DNA of 63,181 nucleotides, filler included, from Reticulomyxa filosa (lineage: Eukaryota > Protista > Foraminifera): NCBI GenBank assembly GCA_000512085.1. It is 13 parts of 13 records of this genome, joined end to end, with 100 filler letters (N's around TTAATTAATTAA, not from the genome) between each part and the next. Parts side by side here need not be neighbours in the genome. Positions count along the whole stretch, not along the records: positions 8,342 to 14,592 come from ASPP01026262.1; positions 14,693 to 28,095 come from ASPP01027134.1; positions 28,196 to 30,394 come from ASPP01029007.1; 10 more parts are not named here. One strand, given 5' to 3'. Below are positions 13,084 to 29,603 of the stretch, piece after piece (the stretch's first letter is position 1; every line of letters begins with the position of its first letter). The translations under genes and the position numbers were made by a program. Below the pieces are notes generated by a model that did not search any database, had not been told where the DNA came from, and worked only from the letters and a program-made list of their open reading frames with translations.

Positions 13084-13690
13084 TATAGAACCTTTGTTTG
13101 AGCTATAGCACAAACTAATACCACATCCACTATCATTATTGCTTTTTCTGTTGTTTTTTAGTGATAAAAATTTAAGATATCATATTCCATTATACTCTTT
13201 TTCACATTTAATCTACTACCAACTTCGATATTATTTACTACAAATGGTAAACATTCAACAACATTCATCCAACTTGTATGTCCATTGAATTTGTTGACCA
13301 GATCGAATATCCCACAAACAAACACTTTTATCATATGATTCAGATAATATTGTATTTGCGTCACCAATATTTCTTAATTCATTTGATCCAATTTTCAAAT
13401 TATAATGTACTTTAAACACAATCAATTGCTTTGTTGTTTCAATATCTCATATGCAAAAAGTATTATTTAATGATCCAGAACAAATTGTATATCTATTACC
13501 ACCAATTACACCAATACTATTACTTTTATTATCACCATCACTCTTATTGCTTTGCAATGATGAAATATCCACACACCAAACGCAATCTTCATGCCCATCG
13601 AAAACATGTAGTAGTTTAGATATTTCAACATCCCATAAATGAATTGTTTTATCACCTGATCCAGAACACAAATATTTACTACAATTATCC
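13084..13690 (-). pseudogene. WD40-repeat pseudogene
   Basis: KYLCSGSGDKTIHLWDVE...GHEDCVWCVDISSLQSN...IGVIGGNRYTICSGS, followed by stops and frameshifts. Confidence 0.85.
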
Positions 13691-14082
13691 TCATGCCAAT
13701 CACACATGACAAATGAGATTGTCATGATCCACTAGATGGAGATGATATATCAGTTAATGAAAGCAAAAATACACAAACATCTTTATCAATTATTAATTGT
13801 GCAACTCAATCTCTTTTGAAATGGTACAATTATTAAAATATAAATGAACAACAAAGATACAGTAGAATGGAAAAAGAGTTGCACGATTGTGTTTTTTATT
13901 TTAATTAAAATTAGCTATGTTGTTCTTTTATGCGCTCAAAGGCTGTCATTTTGACCAGAATGATGATTAAATTTTGAAAAAGTACACTATTTCACTTGAT
14001 TGTGACAACTGTATTTGAAATATGTAATTTTGTGGGGGAAAATTAATTTACACAAAATATTCTTACTGTTGAAAAAGTGATA

Positions 14083-14592
14083 CTATCCCCAAATAGAAAT
14101 AGAGCCATTTTTTGAACCATAACACAGATTAATAACATTATTGCTTTTGCTGTTCTTTTTTAATTTTAGAAATTTGAGACACATTATTCTAGCCTCTCCT
14201 TTGATAACATACAATTCCCTTTTATTTGATCGAACATCCCAAAAACGAATTATATTATCTTCTGCTCCAGAGCATATCACATTTGAACTACCACCAAGTT
14301 CCTTATTATCTACTATAAATGATGAATATTCAACAGCATTCACAGAACTCATATGTCCAATGAATTCTTGAATTTCTTGACCAGATCGAATATCCCATAA
14401 ACGGACACTTTTATCACTTGATCCAGATAATATTGTATTTGAACCACCACTATTTCCTAATTCATTTGATCCATATTTTACACTCAACACATAATTATTA
14501 TGTCCTTTGAATACAATTGACTGTTTGGTTGTCTCAATATCCCATATGCAAATAGTGTTATCCCATGATCCAGAACAAATTGTATATCCATT
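14083..14592 (-). CDS. WD40-repeat protein, 3' part (truncated by contig end)
   Basis: NGYTICSGSWDNTICIWD...SVKYGSNELGNSGGSNTILSGSSDKSVRLWDIRSG...GSISIWG*. Paralog of 10183-11585. Confidence 0.9.
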   Translation of the reverse strand, partial: NGYTICSGSWDNTICIWDIETTKQSIVFKGHNNYVLSVKYGSNELGNSGGSNTILSGSSDKSVRLWDIRSGQEIQEFIGHMSSVNAVEYSSFIVDNKELGGSSNVICSGAEDNIIRFWDVRSNKRELYVIKGEARIMCLKFLKLKKNSKSNNVINLCYGSKNGSISIWG

Positions 14593-16517
14593 NNNNNNNN
14601 NNNNNNNNNNNNNNNNNNNNNNNNNNNNNNNNNNNNTTAATTAATTAANNNNNNNNNNNNNNNNNNNNNNNNNNNNNNNNNNNNNNNNNNNNTACTGTAA
14701 TACATGTATAACATCATGCATATATATACTTTCAATTCTGATAAATAACATTTGTTCATATTCATATATAACTACTTATGTTGGCTCAATTTCAAAGGTT
14801 ATGATTTGCTTTCATTTTGATTTACCAAAACAAATTTTAAAAAGATTATCTGGAATAGTTTATTTTTGTTCTTTAGATTCAACTAAATTTGATGTGCACA
14901 TTAAAATTGTTTGTGAAAAAAAACAGAAAATTGGGATGCGACAAATAAAGAAAAAAATGGATGAGAAAATGAGTTATAAGTGCCGAAGTATGCTATAAGA
15001 TATCGCCTAAAGTATCAGTGAACATGTACCGATTTAAAAAAAAGATTTCGTTGGCAATGTTGATTTATGTGAACAAGGATTTTCGTAACAAAAATAATGA
15101 CACTTTACTCCCTGCGGAGTACATTTCCTGATACGATCTTTGTGCAAGGGACATTACCGAACTTCCGACAGTGTCTGTTAACATTTGTTTTTTTGGTTAC
15201 ATCACCCATGATAATTGCGTGCTAAAGCGGTAATTCCCAATTAATTCCATGGCTTCGCCCACCCCCGCAAAAAAAAAAAAACCAAAAAAAAAATGATATC
15301 ACAAATTATAAATGTTTAAAGTTCTTCGTGTCACACTGCGCCCATAAAGAGACAAACCTTCATCATCTTCTTCTTCTGATTACGATTTCAAAAATACATT
15401 TTCAAACAAAGTCAAACCAAACAAACTATTTTACTTTTTTTTTTGTCTTCTTTTACTTTGCTCCTCTTCTCAGTGATAAAAGACATACTAAAAAATAAAC
15501 AACCTGAGATGATTGATGAGGTTCCAACACCTATTAAATGGGCTCCCTCTTCCATTGTTGCCAATAAGCTGTGATATGTGTATTTAATGATTTAAAAAAA
15601 GAAAGATTTGTCATATATCCAAAACTCACCATATTGAGACACATCCCACTGCTGTTGTTTGCTCACGTTCAATTAGTTTTGTTGTTACTCTTGAATTCAT
15701 TGTGTTGACCGCAGACGCGAATGCTGACAACGTCCTTCCATGCGAGTTAAACCCAGAAAAATTACTATTAATTGAAGAAAAGCGACGTGTCAAGCCACGA
15801 AAACTAGCGCCAAGCCTGCTGTGCATGGATTTCCTACTTTGAAATTAATATCAATGTCCTTGAAATTTCCACAATTTTCTAAAAAAAGGGTCAAACAGAT
15901 TTTTTTACAAGAGTAAACTAGACACCGGTTTGCAGTGATATAACCGCAACTTAAAAAATGGGGTTATTAGGTGAGAAAAAAGTTATTTGTTCATATGTAA
16001 AACTGGACTGAAGGATAAAAGTTATTGTGACAAAGAAACGGTAACTTTTGAAAATTCGGCATTCAGATTGTGACATTGCTTTTGTATGGCTTCAATCTCT
16101 TCATTTGAGTCTTAAATGGTATATCCATGGTGGATACGTTACTCCTTTTTTTGCTCGGTTTTAGTTGAGAGTTTTGGATGCACACTTTGTCTAATTTTTT
16201 GATAGTTTGTTATTTTGAATTCCGGTCGAAGAAAATTTTGTAGTGTTTGGATTAATTTAATCTTATCAATTATATAATTTAGCAATTAATATTGCATCAA
16301 TAGTACTTACTCGATTAATTTCACTCTAAGAAATATTTAATTTTAAAAACAACATCATGTGCTATTACCATTATGGCAATATCTGTTTTTAACAAAGCAT
16401 TTTTTACTTGAAAACTAAACTAAAAGGTAAGCCGCTTCTTAGAGTTCACTTTGAGGCAACAATTTATATTCTTTTTGAAAATCCAAATATTTATCCTAAT
16501 TAAAGCTCAGATTTGAG

Positions 16518-18618
16518 ATGTCCAACATTCCATTATCGTCAGTTATTTCAGAAGTCAAGAAAATGTCGAACTGTTAGTTTGTCTGGCTGTTGTTCAAATT
16601 CAAAACAATGTTGGCTGAAAAGAAAAAAAAGGATGTAAACAAAATGATTAACAGGGGGTTCAAAAGCCAAAGAGTTGGCAAAAAAGCATGGACTAGATGT
16701 AATGGATGTCACATGGGAAGATAATGCAAGATCCAAAAATTCATCATGGGGGTAATTTTTTTTTTGCAAAAAAAAAAAAAAAGAAATTAAAGTAATTTTA
16801 AACAAACAATACAAACAAAGACCTTGTATCAGCGACATGACATTGCAAGTGAACCAGCAACAAATGCCAGTGATCAGACAACCCAATTTCACAGACAAGA
16901 CTTGGGACGTGAGCATTGACAAGGTGGCCATTGTGGTAGGCAACGAGCGCGAAGGGTCAAAACTGACAACAATAACGTTGAAGGAGTATTTGGGATCGTT
17001 TGATAAATACATGAGCAAATCTACGTCGGATTCGTTAAACCTGTTGGTCACAAACAAAAGTGCCAAGCAAAAAGACACTCACGTTATTATGTCCAGCCAA
17101 GCATGTTTCCTGCCCATTGAGAAATCCAACGAAACCAAATTTAATGTGTGCTTGTACAATTATCAATCACGTGCATCTGACCCTGCTGTTCTCGCTATTG
17201 TTTCCACAAGCAAAGGCACTTCTGCGCAGATCATCGAAGGTACTACACACATGAACTTTGTATATGTATGTACATATATTTTTTCCTCTTTCTGTTCAGG
17301 ATTATTCAAAGTGAGGGGGAAAGTTTTCCATTTTGCTTTTTTATGTCAATAACATAGCATCAAAATAAATGCATTCTACACAATATATATAGGAACAACA
17401 CAACCATTATTTTTTAACGACAAAGGTATGATATTTTTTTTGAACGTTTGCCAAAACTTGCAAATAAATAAATAACTTTTTTTTAAAAAATGTATTATAC
17501 GTAATGCACTACTTCAAAAAAAAAAAAAAAATGGCAAACCATATCAAAGGAAAAAAGGCCGAATTTGTGGCACAGCGATTGAGTGATAACCGAAAAGAAA
17601 GAGGTGTGGCCTTGGAAGGTGAAATGACGAAACAAGAAAAACAAGACAATGTTATTGTAATTATTCAAGTACCATTAAAACAAAAACCGAAACAGGTATT
17701 CTCATATGATGATGATCTCTCTGCGGAAGGCTTCAGTGATAACCTTTTTTGCGCTGCTCCTATGGCTGCTAGTTCGTCTAATAGTTGGGGAGGAGAACTA
17801 AAAAAAAGGTCTGCAAAACCGGACGTAGAAGCAGCAATTGTCAAAGTTGAGTGGTTTTGTTATTGCTCATTTGTAAATTCAACAATTGCTTTTTAACCAA
17901 CTCTTATTATTACAAAAAAAAAAAAGGTAGTGTCAGCAGTGCCAAAATGCAAGCCTTCATGTGGAGCAGATTTGGTGTTGTTGTCGGTGGGAAGCAGTGC
18001 ATGTATAATGGCGCGGAAGTAAGTTGTGACCTGTGTCTCAAAAAACTAACGCCGGGAAGTACGGTTTGGCATTGCCCAAAAGCAAAGAACTCCTATGTGC
18101 ATCAAAGTGGATATGACTTGTGCTCTAGTTGTGCAGATCAACAGTTGAAATGGGACGAATTGAACGGACTTTCAAAAATTGAACGCGATGAACAGTTCCC
18201 CATTCGTGTGACTTTGCAATTCTATCAATCCACTAGCAATGGCGTGGTAGATGCCGATATCATGTCAAATATTGCTGCCATGTTGCAATCGTCACAAAAA
18301 CAAGCTGATTTTGTTGGATCTTTGGTTACTCAAACCGATAAAAATCGACCTACCGAATGGGTTGAGGAAAAATCCAGTGACAAATATGTGGTCGTCAAGA
18401 AACTGCTGCGAGATACTTTTTCTGAAGAATGGAAAAACTATTTCACTATTTTTGAAAAAGAAAAGTTTGACGACAGTGTGTTAAATGCTATTGAAAAAAA
18501 AGAAGATTTAACCGATGTGTTGACCAAAGCAGGAGACAGAATCAAATTTTTCAAGGCCTTGCAAACATGGAAACAAAACAATACAAATGTTAATTTTTTA
18601 GACGACTTACTTGGTTAG
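16518..18618 (+). CDS. Uncharacterised-domain protein with an inserted ZZ-like zinc finger and a C-terminal SAM-like domain (6 exons)
   Basis: The spliced model uses GT-AG introns at about 16573-16654, 16752-16820, 17240-17392, 17426-17549 and 17846-17926. It gives ...VTWEDNARSKNSSWGPCISDMTL...SSQACFLP...YNYQS..DPAVLAI...GTS...IERDEQFPIRVTLQFYQSTSNG. Zinc finger: CDLC...WHC...H..GYDLCSSC. SAM-like tail: YFTIFEKEKFDDSVL...DLTDVLTKAGDRIKFFKAL. One probable 1-nt frameshift lies near 17990. Confidence 0.75.
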
Positions 18619-18923
18619 AGATTACATCTGTTGGACTAATATATTACACAAGAATATGAGAAAAATAAAGTCCACCACAAAACAAATTTTAAATCAGCTC
18701 AATTTACTAAGTGTGAAATTTGCAAATAGTTCAACTTGGACCACTTTTTCCACAAATTTCTGCTCCTATTCGATGCAAAGCATGTTTTTTTACCTTGTAA
18801 ACTCAATTTAAAAGATTATTTCTTTATTTATAAACAACTAAGGATAGTTCGGAAAATGGTATCTCAAAAGTATTCAATTCAGTTACTGGAAAGTTTTTTT
18901 TAAAAGCGGCTTCATAGTAATAC

Positions 18924-20237
18924 ATGAAACAATACACCCCAATCCGGCATGGAACCTGGGACGAAACCGACCTAGAAGCACTTTCGAATGAGAAAACAAA
19001 ATCTCCACAAGACAAAAAGAGCGATGACAAGTGTTGCCAAGAACACCCGTTTTGCAGAACGCTGTGCCATTGCGGTGCGGGAATGCTGTGTTGCATTATC
19101 ATTTTGATAGTGATAGCGTTTATTTATATAATGATAATGGGCTCAAAAAAACTAGATCCAACACATTTTTCCGTGGGATCATTGCATGCATTGATGCCTT
19201 TAGATTCGTCAAAAAATGCGTCACAATTTCAATTGGAAGATGTATCGAGTCAATTTCAGCGGTCTGTCGCAGGAATGGGTAATTGTGGTAAAGATGCAGT
19301 GAACGTAACATTTCAAAATGCATACAGTAAACGTCGCGCCAGAAACCGAAGAATGGCGCTTGCTGGTAGAGCAGATGCAAGTAGTAAATACAATCTCTAT
19401 GCGAACACGACATTTCATATTTCACAGAACCAAAACGTATCATTACAAACACTTTACAATAATATTCTCAATGACACTCGCCAACAAACGTATTTAATCC
19501 GAGATTTTGGACACAATTGCACTGTCAAGAGCGTGGGAGATTTTATCGTTTCATCGAGTTTCATTTACAAAAATTTTTTAAACCTCTTTTGTTTTCCCCC
19601 TTTCACGTTTCTCTTCTTTCCCCTTTTTTTTTTCCCCCCCCCTGGCTTACATTGTTTGATTATTCTAATATTAAAAAAAAATTGTACATTAGGTTATGGT
19701 GCCCTATGTTACGTAAAAGTAAAAGGGCAAAAACAGACCATAAAAACATTTTTGCAAAGTGGTCAAGTCGAACATGACGCAACCGCAGCAGTGGAAGATA
19801 TGGGAAAACAAATTAGTTTAGTGAATTCCATTGCCTTCACCCAAGTTTGGTACGTAGACAGCAATAGTTACATGGGATGGTCCATGACCGTTGATCAGAC
19901 CATTTCAAATAGCTTCTCATTGTCCGAAGTATTATGCCAAATATATCACTACACGCAATCGCAAATTAATTCAATCACTCATTATGTTAGAAATGTAATG
20001 ACATTGGAACAAAGTACTTTCAGTTGTTGGTAAGTCTTCTTTTTTTTTGCGTATACACATGCCAACGTATAATTCTTTTATGTTGATGTGTGTACATATT
20101 TTTTGTTGTGGTCTTGGCTTTGCATAACACAAGCCGTTCCGATAGTGGAGAAGTCAATGTCCCATATCAAGACGAATACAAACAGGGGCTATGTGTGAAT
20201 GACGACACTATGAGCAAAAATTGCCCTAATTATTGAA
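18924..20237 (+). CDS. Hypothetical type II single-pass membrane protein (spliced)
   Basis: 369-aa ORF with a Cys-rich juxtamembrane segment and one TM helix (MLCCIIILIVIAFIYIMIM). A poly-T/poly-C intron-like stretch at about 19548-19692 is read through in frame. The last exon probably ends ...KNCPNY* near 20237. Confidence 0.6.
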
Positions 20238-20834
20238 TTTTGTGAACACAATACCGAAATGGGACCAGGGGAATATAAGTCTAGATTTTTATGGAAAACT
20301 TTTTTATGTTTTAGTAAGACTGTAGTTTCGCACGTGGTTTTTTTTAATCATTGAAACGTCTACAAAAAAAGATTTTCTGAATACAAAAGAATGTCTTTGT
20401 GTACCATCAGAGGAAGAATTTTAAGCATGCACATTAAGGACTTTACATGCAATTGGAATGGTTCTTCAAGTATTTTCCTTGAAGATTCTGGAAAAATAGG
20501 TTTCAATTTAGAAATTTTGTTTCCTTCCCTCCTTTAGCTGTCCAATAACAAACTTATTGGAAAAAATGATGTGAATTTTTTTCAGAAAAGCGTGCTAATG
20601 GAATGATATTCGATGGCATTAATAATCAAAGGTAGTTCATGCTACTTGGCAAAACAGACAACTCAAAAAAAAATATGAACAACATAATGTCAAAACCAAT
20701 TTGATACCAAAACTACCATAAAATCATTTTTGAAGGGTGAAAATAAAAAAACACATGGTAACTATGACCCATACGGATATGATTGAATATTGAGTGTTTT
20801 ATTAACCTAAAAAGTTGGACTTTTTATGAAGTAT

Positions 20835-21869
20835 TTATGAACTTGGTTTGTGAGATGGTGGGGCAACAGCGACACCCACTCGTGCCGGTCTCAACACAAA
20901 GTTATACAAAGTGTAACCTTCGGATAGCACTTGCACGATAGTTCCCTCTGGATGTTCAGTAGTTGTCACATTGAACAATGCTTGATGTAAGTTTGGATTA
21001 AAGTCTGCACCTTGACAATCAATCTATTGAAAACGTTCCAAAACATCATCATTAAAGTGGGAACATTTGAATTAGAGTTTAATCAGTGTACGAATACAAG
21101 GAGGGTTTACTTTGTATAAGATATTATCATATAATATGTACATTTAGGGTTCAATGTTTGTTTTTAAAAATTTTTTTGTCAAAGTGTGAATTTTTAAACT
21201 TTTTGGATACCATGTTTTCCAAATGCCTCTAACAAGGTTTTCTCGGTTTCTTCCAATCCAACGAGCAAAGGCTGCACTTCAGGAACAGTCTTCACGTCGA
21301 TCTTTTGTTTTTGAAATATGCGCTGTGCTCCTTGCAGAGCGTCGGAAACAGCCAACAAATCTGATGAAAATTTTCGAATAGCTAACTTTTGAGCATTTTC
21401 TACATCTCTTTGAGTCATGTTTATCAAGCTCGATAAGTCTTCATCTCTTCGCCGACATGCTTCTTGGTATTTTTTTATTTCCTCTTCTAGCGCTTTAGCC
21501 TAATATAGTTTATGTATCATATTTGTTTGTTGCTTTATTGAAAATTGCTTTTTCTATGTTAACTTTGGTTTCATATTCTGCAATTAGTGCACTATTTTCA
21601 GATTCTGTTGCCGTGTTGTCATCTGTTGTCCGGCCCGCTTTGTCCTCATTTAATGTAGTTTCTGGTGGTATTGGGCCGCCTTTCTCTGTTGTGGTTGCGT
21701 TTTCATCTGGCTTTGTTGATAGGCTTGCTTTCAATGAAAAGTTGTTCAGTAACAAGTCAAACGTTGGCCAATTTCTCAAACGAAGATTATTTCCAGTCAT
21801 AACATGAGTGTTTTGCTTTAGGAAAAATATCCCTCGAGCGTTATTCATGCGAAGTATTGTGCGAAACAT
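20835..21869 (-). CDS. grpE: Mitochondrial GrpE (Mge1-like) nucleotide exchange factor, 3 exons
   Basis: Basic presequence-like N-terminus; QRDVENAQKLAIRKFSSDLLAVSDAL; FGKHGIQK; last exon DFNPNLHQALFNV...GTIVQVLSEGYTLYNFVLRPARVGV, the canonical GrpE C-terminus. Confidence 0.92.
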
Positions 21870-22835
21870 CTCTGATCAATAGTTATTATTTTTAATTAGA
21901 AATTGTTCCAAAAGTTCTTTTTTTTGACTTTACTCTTTTGTCTTGTTAATGAAAGCTCTTGTTTCTGTATGAAGATTGCAATAGTCTTACTTGGTAAAAA
22001 TTAAAAAAATGATTTCAAAATGTGTATCTGAAATGCAAACGATTTACAAATTTGTAAATAGCTTACAAAGTTAATGTTACAGATTGTGAAACATGTAATT
22101 ATTATATTTCAGAAAAAATCAATTCGCTCTATTCTCTCATTAAGAGATAAATTAAAAAAGAAAAAAAATAAAATGAAAAAAAGTATGCTTTTTAGCTGAA
22201 ATTTTAAATTTTATTTGTAATTTTTTCTTTTTTAATTTTATTCAATTTTTGGGAAAGAGGAAAAGGTCGCCGCTTAACGGCAATATAGATATTTTCAGTA
22301 TTTCAAATGTTTGTTCCATGTTCCAGATAATGAAGATGAAAACAAGTCTTAATGAGTAGTTGTGAAATGGAGTTAAATGAGTGTAGAAAAAACTAGATGA
22401 AACACTTTGACGTCTTTACTTGTCTAACGAAACATTGAAAGTATGTAAGAATTAAATAAGAAAAAAATGTACATAATATGACAATTATCAACTACTCAAT
22501 GTAATAACAATTATTCTGTTGACAGAAAAATTAAGTCAAGAAAACTGTAGTTAATAGACGAGATCTATAAATAAACAAAAAATCATGATAATGCAGAAAA
22601 TTGTTACGATTTATTAACACATTAATTTCGGTAATGTTGGTGCTAGATGTGTTTGGATTTCTGTTGGATTTACATTTAAGACTTGAAAGTTAAAATTTTC
22701 TTTTTATTCAAAAGAATGCATTATTATCAACATTACATGTTCTTATAACAAATGATATAAAATATATATCACTGACAGTAAGCCAATAATTTTGAAAGTA
22801 TCTCAATCATTGATACAACCTTTAAAAAAAAAACA

Positions 22836-23393
22836 TTATTTGATAGATATCACCTTTCCACCAGTAAGATCTTGTATATTCTTCGAATTCAAGCAAAACA
22901 CAGCATTTGGTGTTCCTGCAGCGGCCCAAATTTTCTCGTGCTGCAAAAGGTCTTCATCTATGTACGTGTCGATATTTTGCTTGTGACCAACTGGTGGAAT
23001 GCCGCCAATTGCGAACCCAGTTGCTTCTCTACAGAACTCTGGAGTGGCTCGTTTTATTTTTTCTTTGACAAGCTTGGCCAGAGTTTTTTCATTTACCCGA
23101 TTGGCACCGCTTGCAATAACCAGAATTGGTCGATTGCTATTAGTTTGGAAGATTAACGATTTTGCAATTTGAGCCACTTCACATCCAAGGGTTTTGGCGG
23201 CTTCCTCTGCAGTTCGTGTGCTTTCGGATAGTTCTTTCACATCTACTTTCAATCCTTTGGCACTTAAGACATCTTGAACGCTCTGTGCACTTTTACTCAA
23301 CTGGTCTGTTTTTTTTTATAATGTATATTCTTTCAATACGATAACAATCAAAGAAAAACCTGAAACAATGGCATTATTTTCGGCTGAAGCCAT
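22836..23393 (-). CDS. YbaK/ProX-family aminoacyl-tRNA deacylase (trans-editing factor), bacterial-like, 2 exons
   Basis: STRTAEEAA..LGCEVAQIAKSL (conserved Lys), ASGANRV, TGFAIGGIPPVGH (GxxxP loop), IWAAAGTPNAVF. Exon 1 MASAENNAIVS (23393-23360) joins in frame through a 54-nt GT-AG intron (23359-23306) to DQLSKSAQ. Confidence 0.9.
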
Positions 23394-23890
23394 TATTTGC
23401 AATTCCTTTGTCAATATGCCGCAACTAAGAAGAGCAAAAAAATTTTTCCTCAAAAAAATGCGAAGTGAAGCTGCCTTTTTGTGTTCAAAGTTTATTGTTA
23501 GCGATAAAATAAACAAATTTTGTAATATTGGACACTAATTTTTGCTTTTTTTTTGTGATTTTGTTTTTTGAGTAAAATTTCACATTTCACTTCTGGTCCC
23601 TATACGGAATTGGGCGAACTTAAAGAAAGAGGTGAGACATGAAACAAAAAATATAAAAACGGGAAGCAAAAACAACAATGAGAGCAAAGATAAGGATAAG
23701 GGCGGCAACAAAAGAAAGAGCAAATACGTAAAAATAAAACAAACCTACAACACAATGAAATGAAATACATAATCTTTTCTCATGTTTGGTGTTTTCAACG
23801 TTCCAAGGAAGAGAAAGAAACGAACAGCCAAAAATAAAACAGAACAAAATAAAAAAAAATTGAGATTTAAGTCAATTTTTTAAATGTATT

Positions 23891-28095
<4,205 letters not shown>

Positions 28096-29603
28096 NNNNN
28101 NNNNNNNNNNNNNNNNNNNNNNNNNNNNNNNNNNNNNNNTTAATTAATTAANNNNNNNNNNNNNNNNNNNNNNNNNNNNNNNNNNNNNNNNNNNNAATAA
28201 CTTTTTTTTGAGTCGTTATTTTAATTTTCAATTTTGCTGAAAATAGTTCTCCAAATGTGTGATTTTTTTTTAAAATATAGCAGAATATAATGTTTCTCAT
28301 TCAAGTAGCCCTTTGGTAAATGGTAATAATATAGCAATTGATTTAACATTTCCACTTCAAATGGAATTATTATCATTTGTTATTCTTGTGGATTATGTAG
28401 AGTAAAGGCAATTAAACAGCAATATAAGTTCAATATGTATGTAAAATTACATACTTATAACTTAAGTAGACTCAGATAAAAAATAATAACTTTTAAATAG
28501 CACGATTTTTCAGATGTGTTCACTTTTTTTTGGACGCTGCTGTATCAAACATTAGAATCTATTGTATTTTTACACAATTATATAGTAATATAATGTATGT
28601 CAATTATGAGTTTATTATAATAAATTTGAAATAACTTAAGTATAGTTTGTTTTTACGTTATTGAATTCAAAATTGATTTGGCAATTTAAAGCATTGATCA
28701 ATATTTGTCCAATACAGTTGCCACATAAAATCGTAACAAATGCATTGCGTTGTTTGTTGTTAAAAACTTCAATTTTAGTTTTTTTAATTTTATTTTATAC
28801 TGTTTATATTTTTATTGATGCTAGTGTCACTAACTTAGTTCAATTTGCATGCTTCACTATAACTAGCATATCACAATTAATGTGACACACTGATAATTTC
28901 AAATTGATCAACTGTTTCTGTCAATAAAATACAAATATTAGTTTAATTATTGTTTCAAACGAATGTACTCATCAGCGTTTGAATCGGTCTTGACGCTTGG
29001 CAAAGACTGGTCTTTTTTTTGTGACCGGAGATGAAGACAATAAGAGTTCATAAGATATACACAGAAAGGACTTACAAAAAAAGGTTGTTAACGAATGTGA
29101 AAATAATCGACGTATAACAGTTTAAATCAAGAACAAGTATATTTCAATTTATTTTCATGGTATTCTTCAGCAGCGTTCCCAACAAAGTGATTTCAATTAT
29201 TTTGTCACTCATACTAATGTTGATGTTCTCGTTAATATTTCTTTTCTCGATTACACGAATTTCGTTTATAAAACAAGTCCTGCGTGCTCCTTTATCATTA
29301 TTATAATTGTATTTTAAGATATCAAACAAATACGCAAAAAAAATTTGAAAATTTCATAACGCAAATGCAAGTAAAATGATTACGCGCTTTCCTGCAAAAT
29401 TCATGTAAAAATTAATATTTTTATCCATCTTAAAAAAAGTAATTGTGACATTTTTAGTCAGTAATTGCTTTAGATTCACATTTCCGAAAGAAAAAAAGGA
29501 CAAATAGCAACGATGGTCGAATCTCTGACCATGACCCTTGTAGACAACAAGAAATTTTTTTTTCCCCCTCAAGAAGAACTTTTTGGTTTTTTCAAGTTTG
29601 ATA

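Noticed and set aside
13858-13885. TA-CAGTAG... as a second Tc1-like terminal repeat
   Set aside because: No matching inverted partner or second copy was found.
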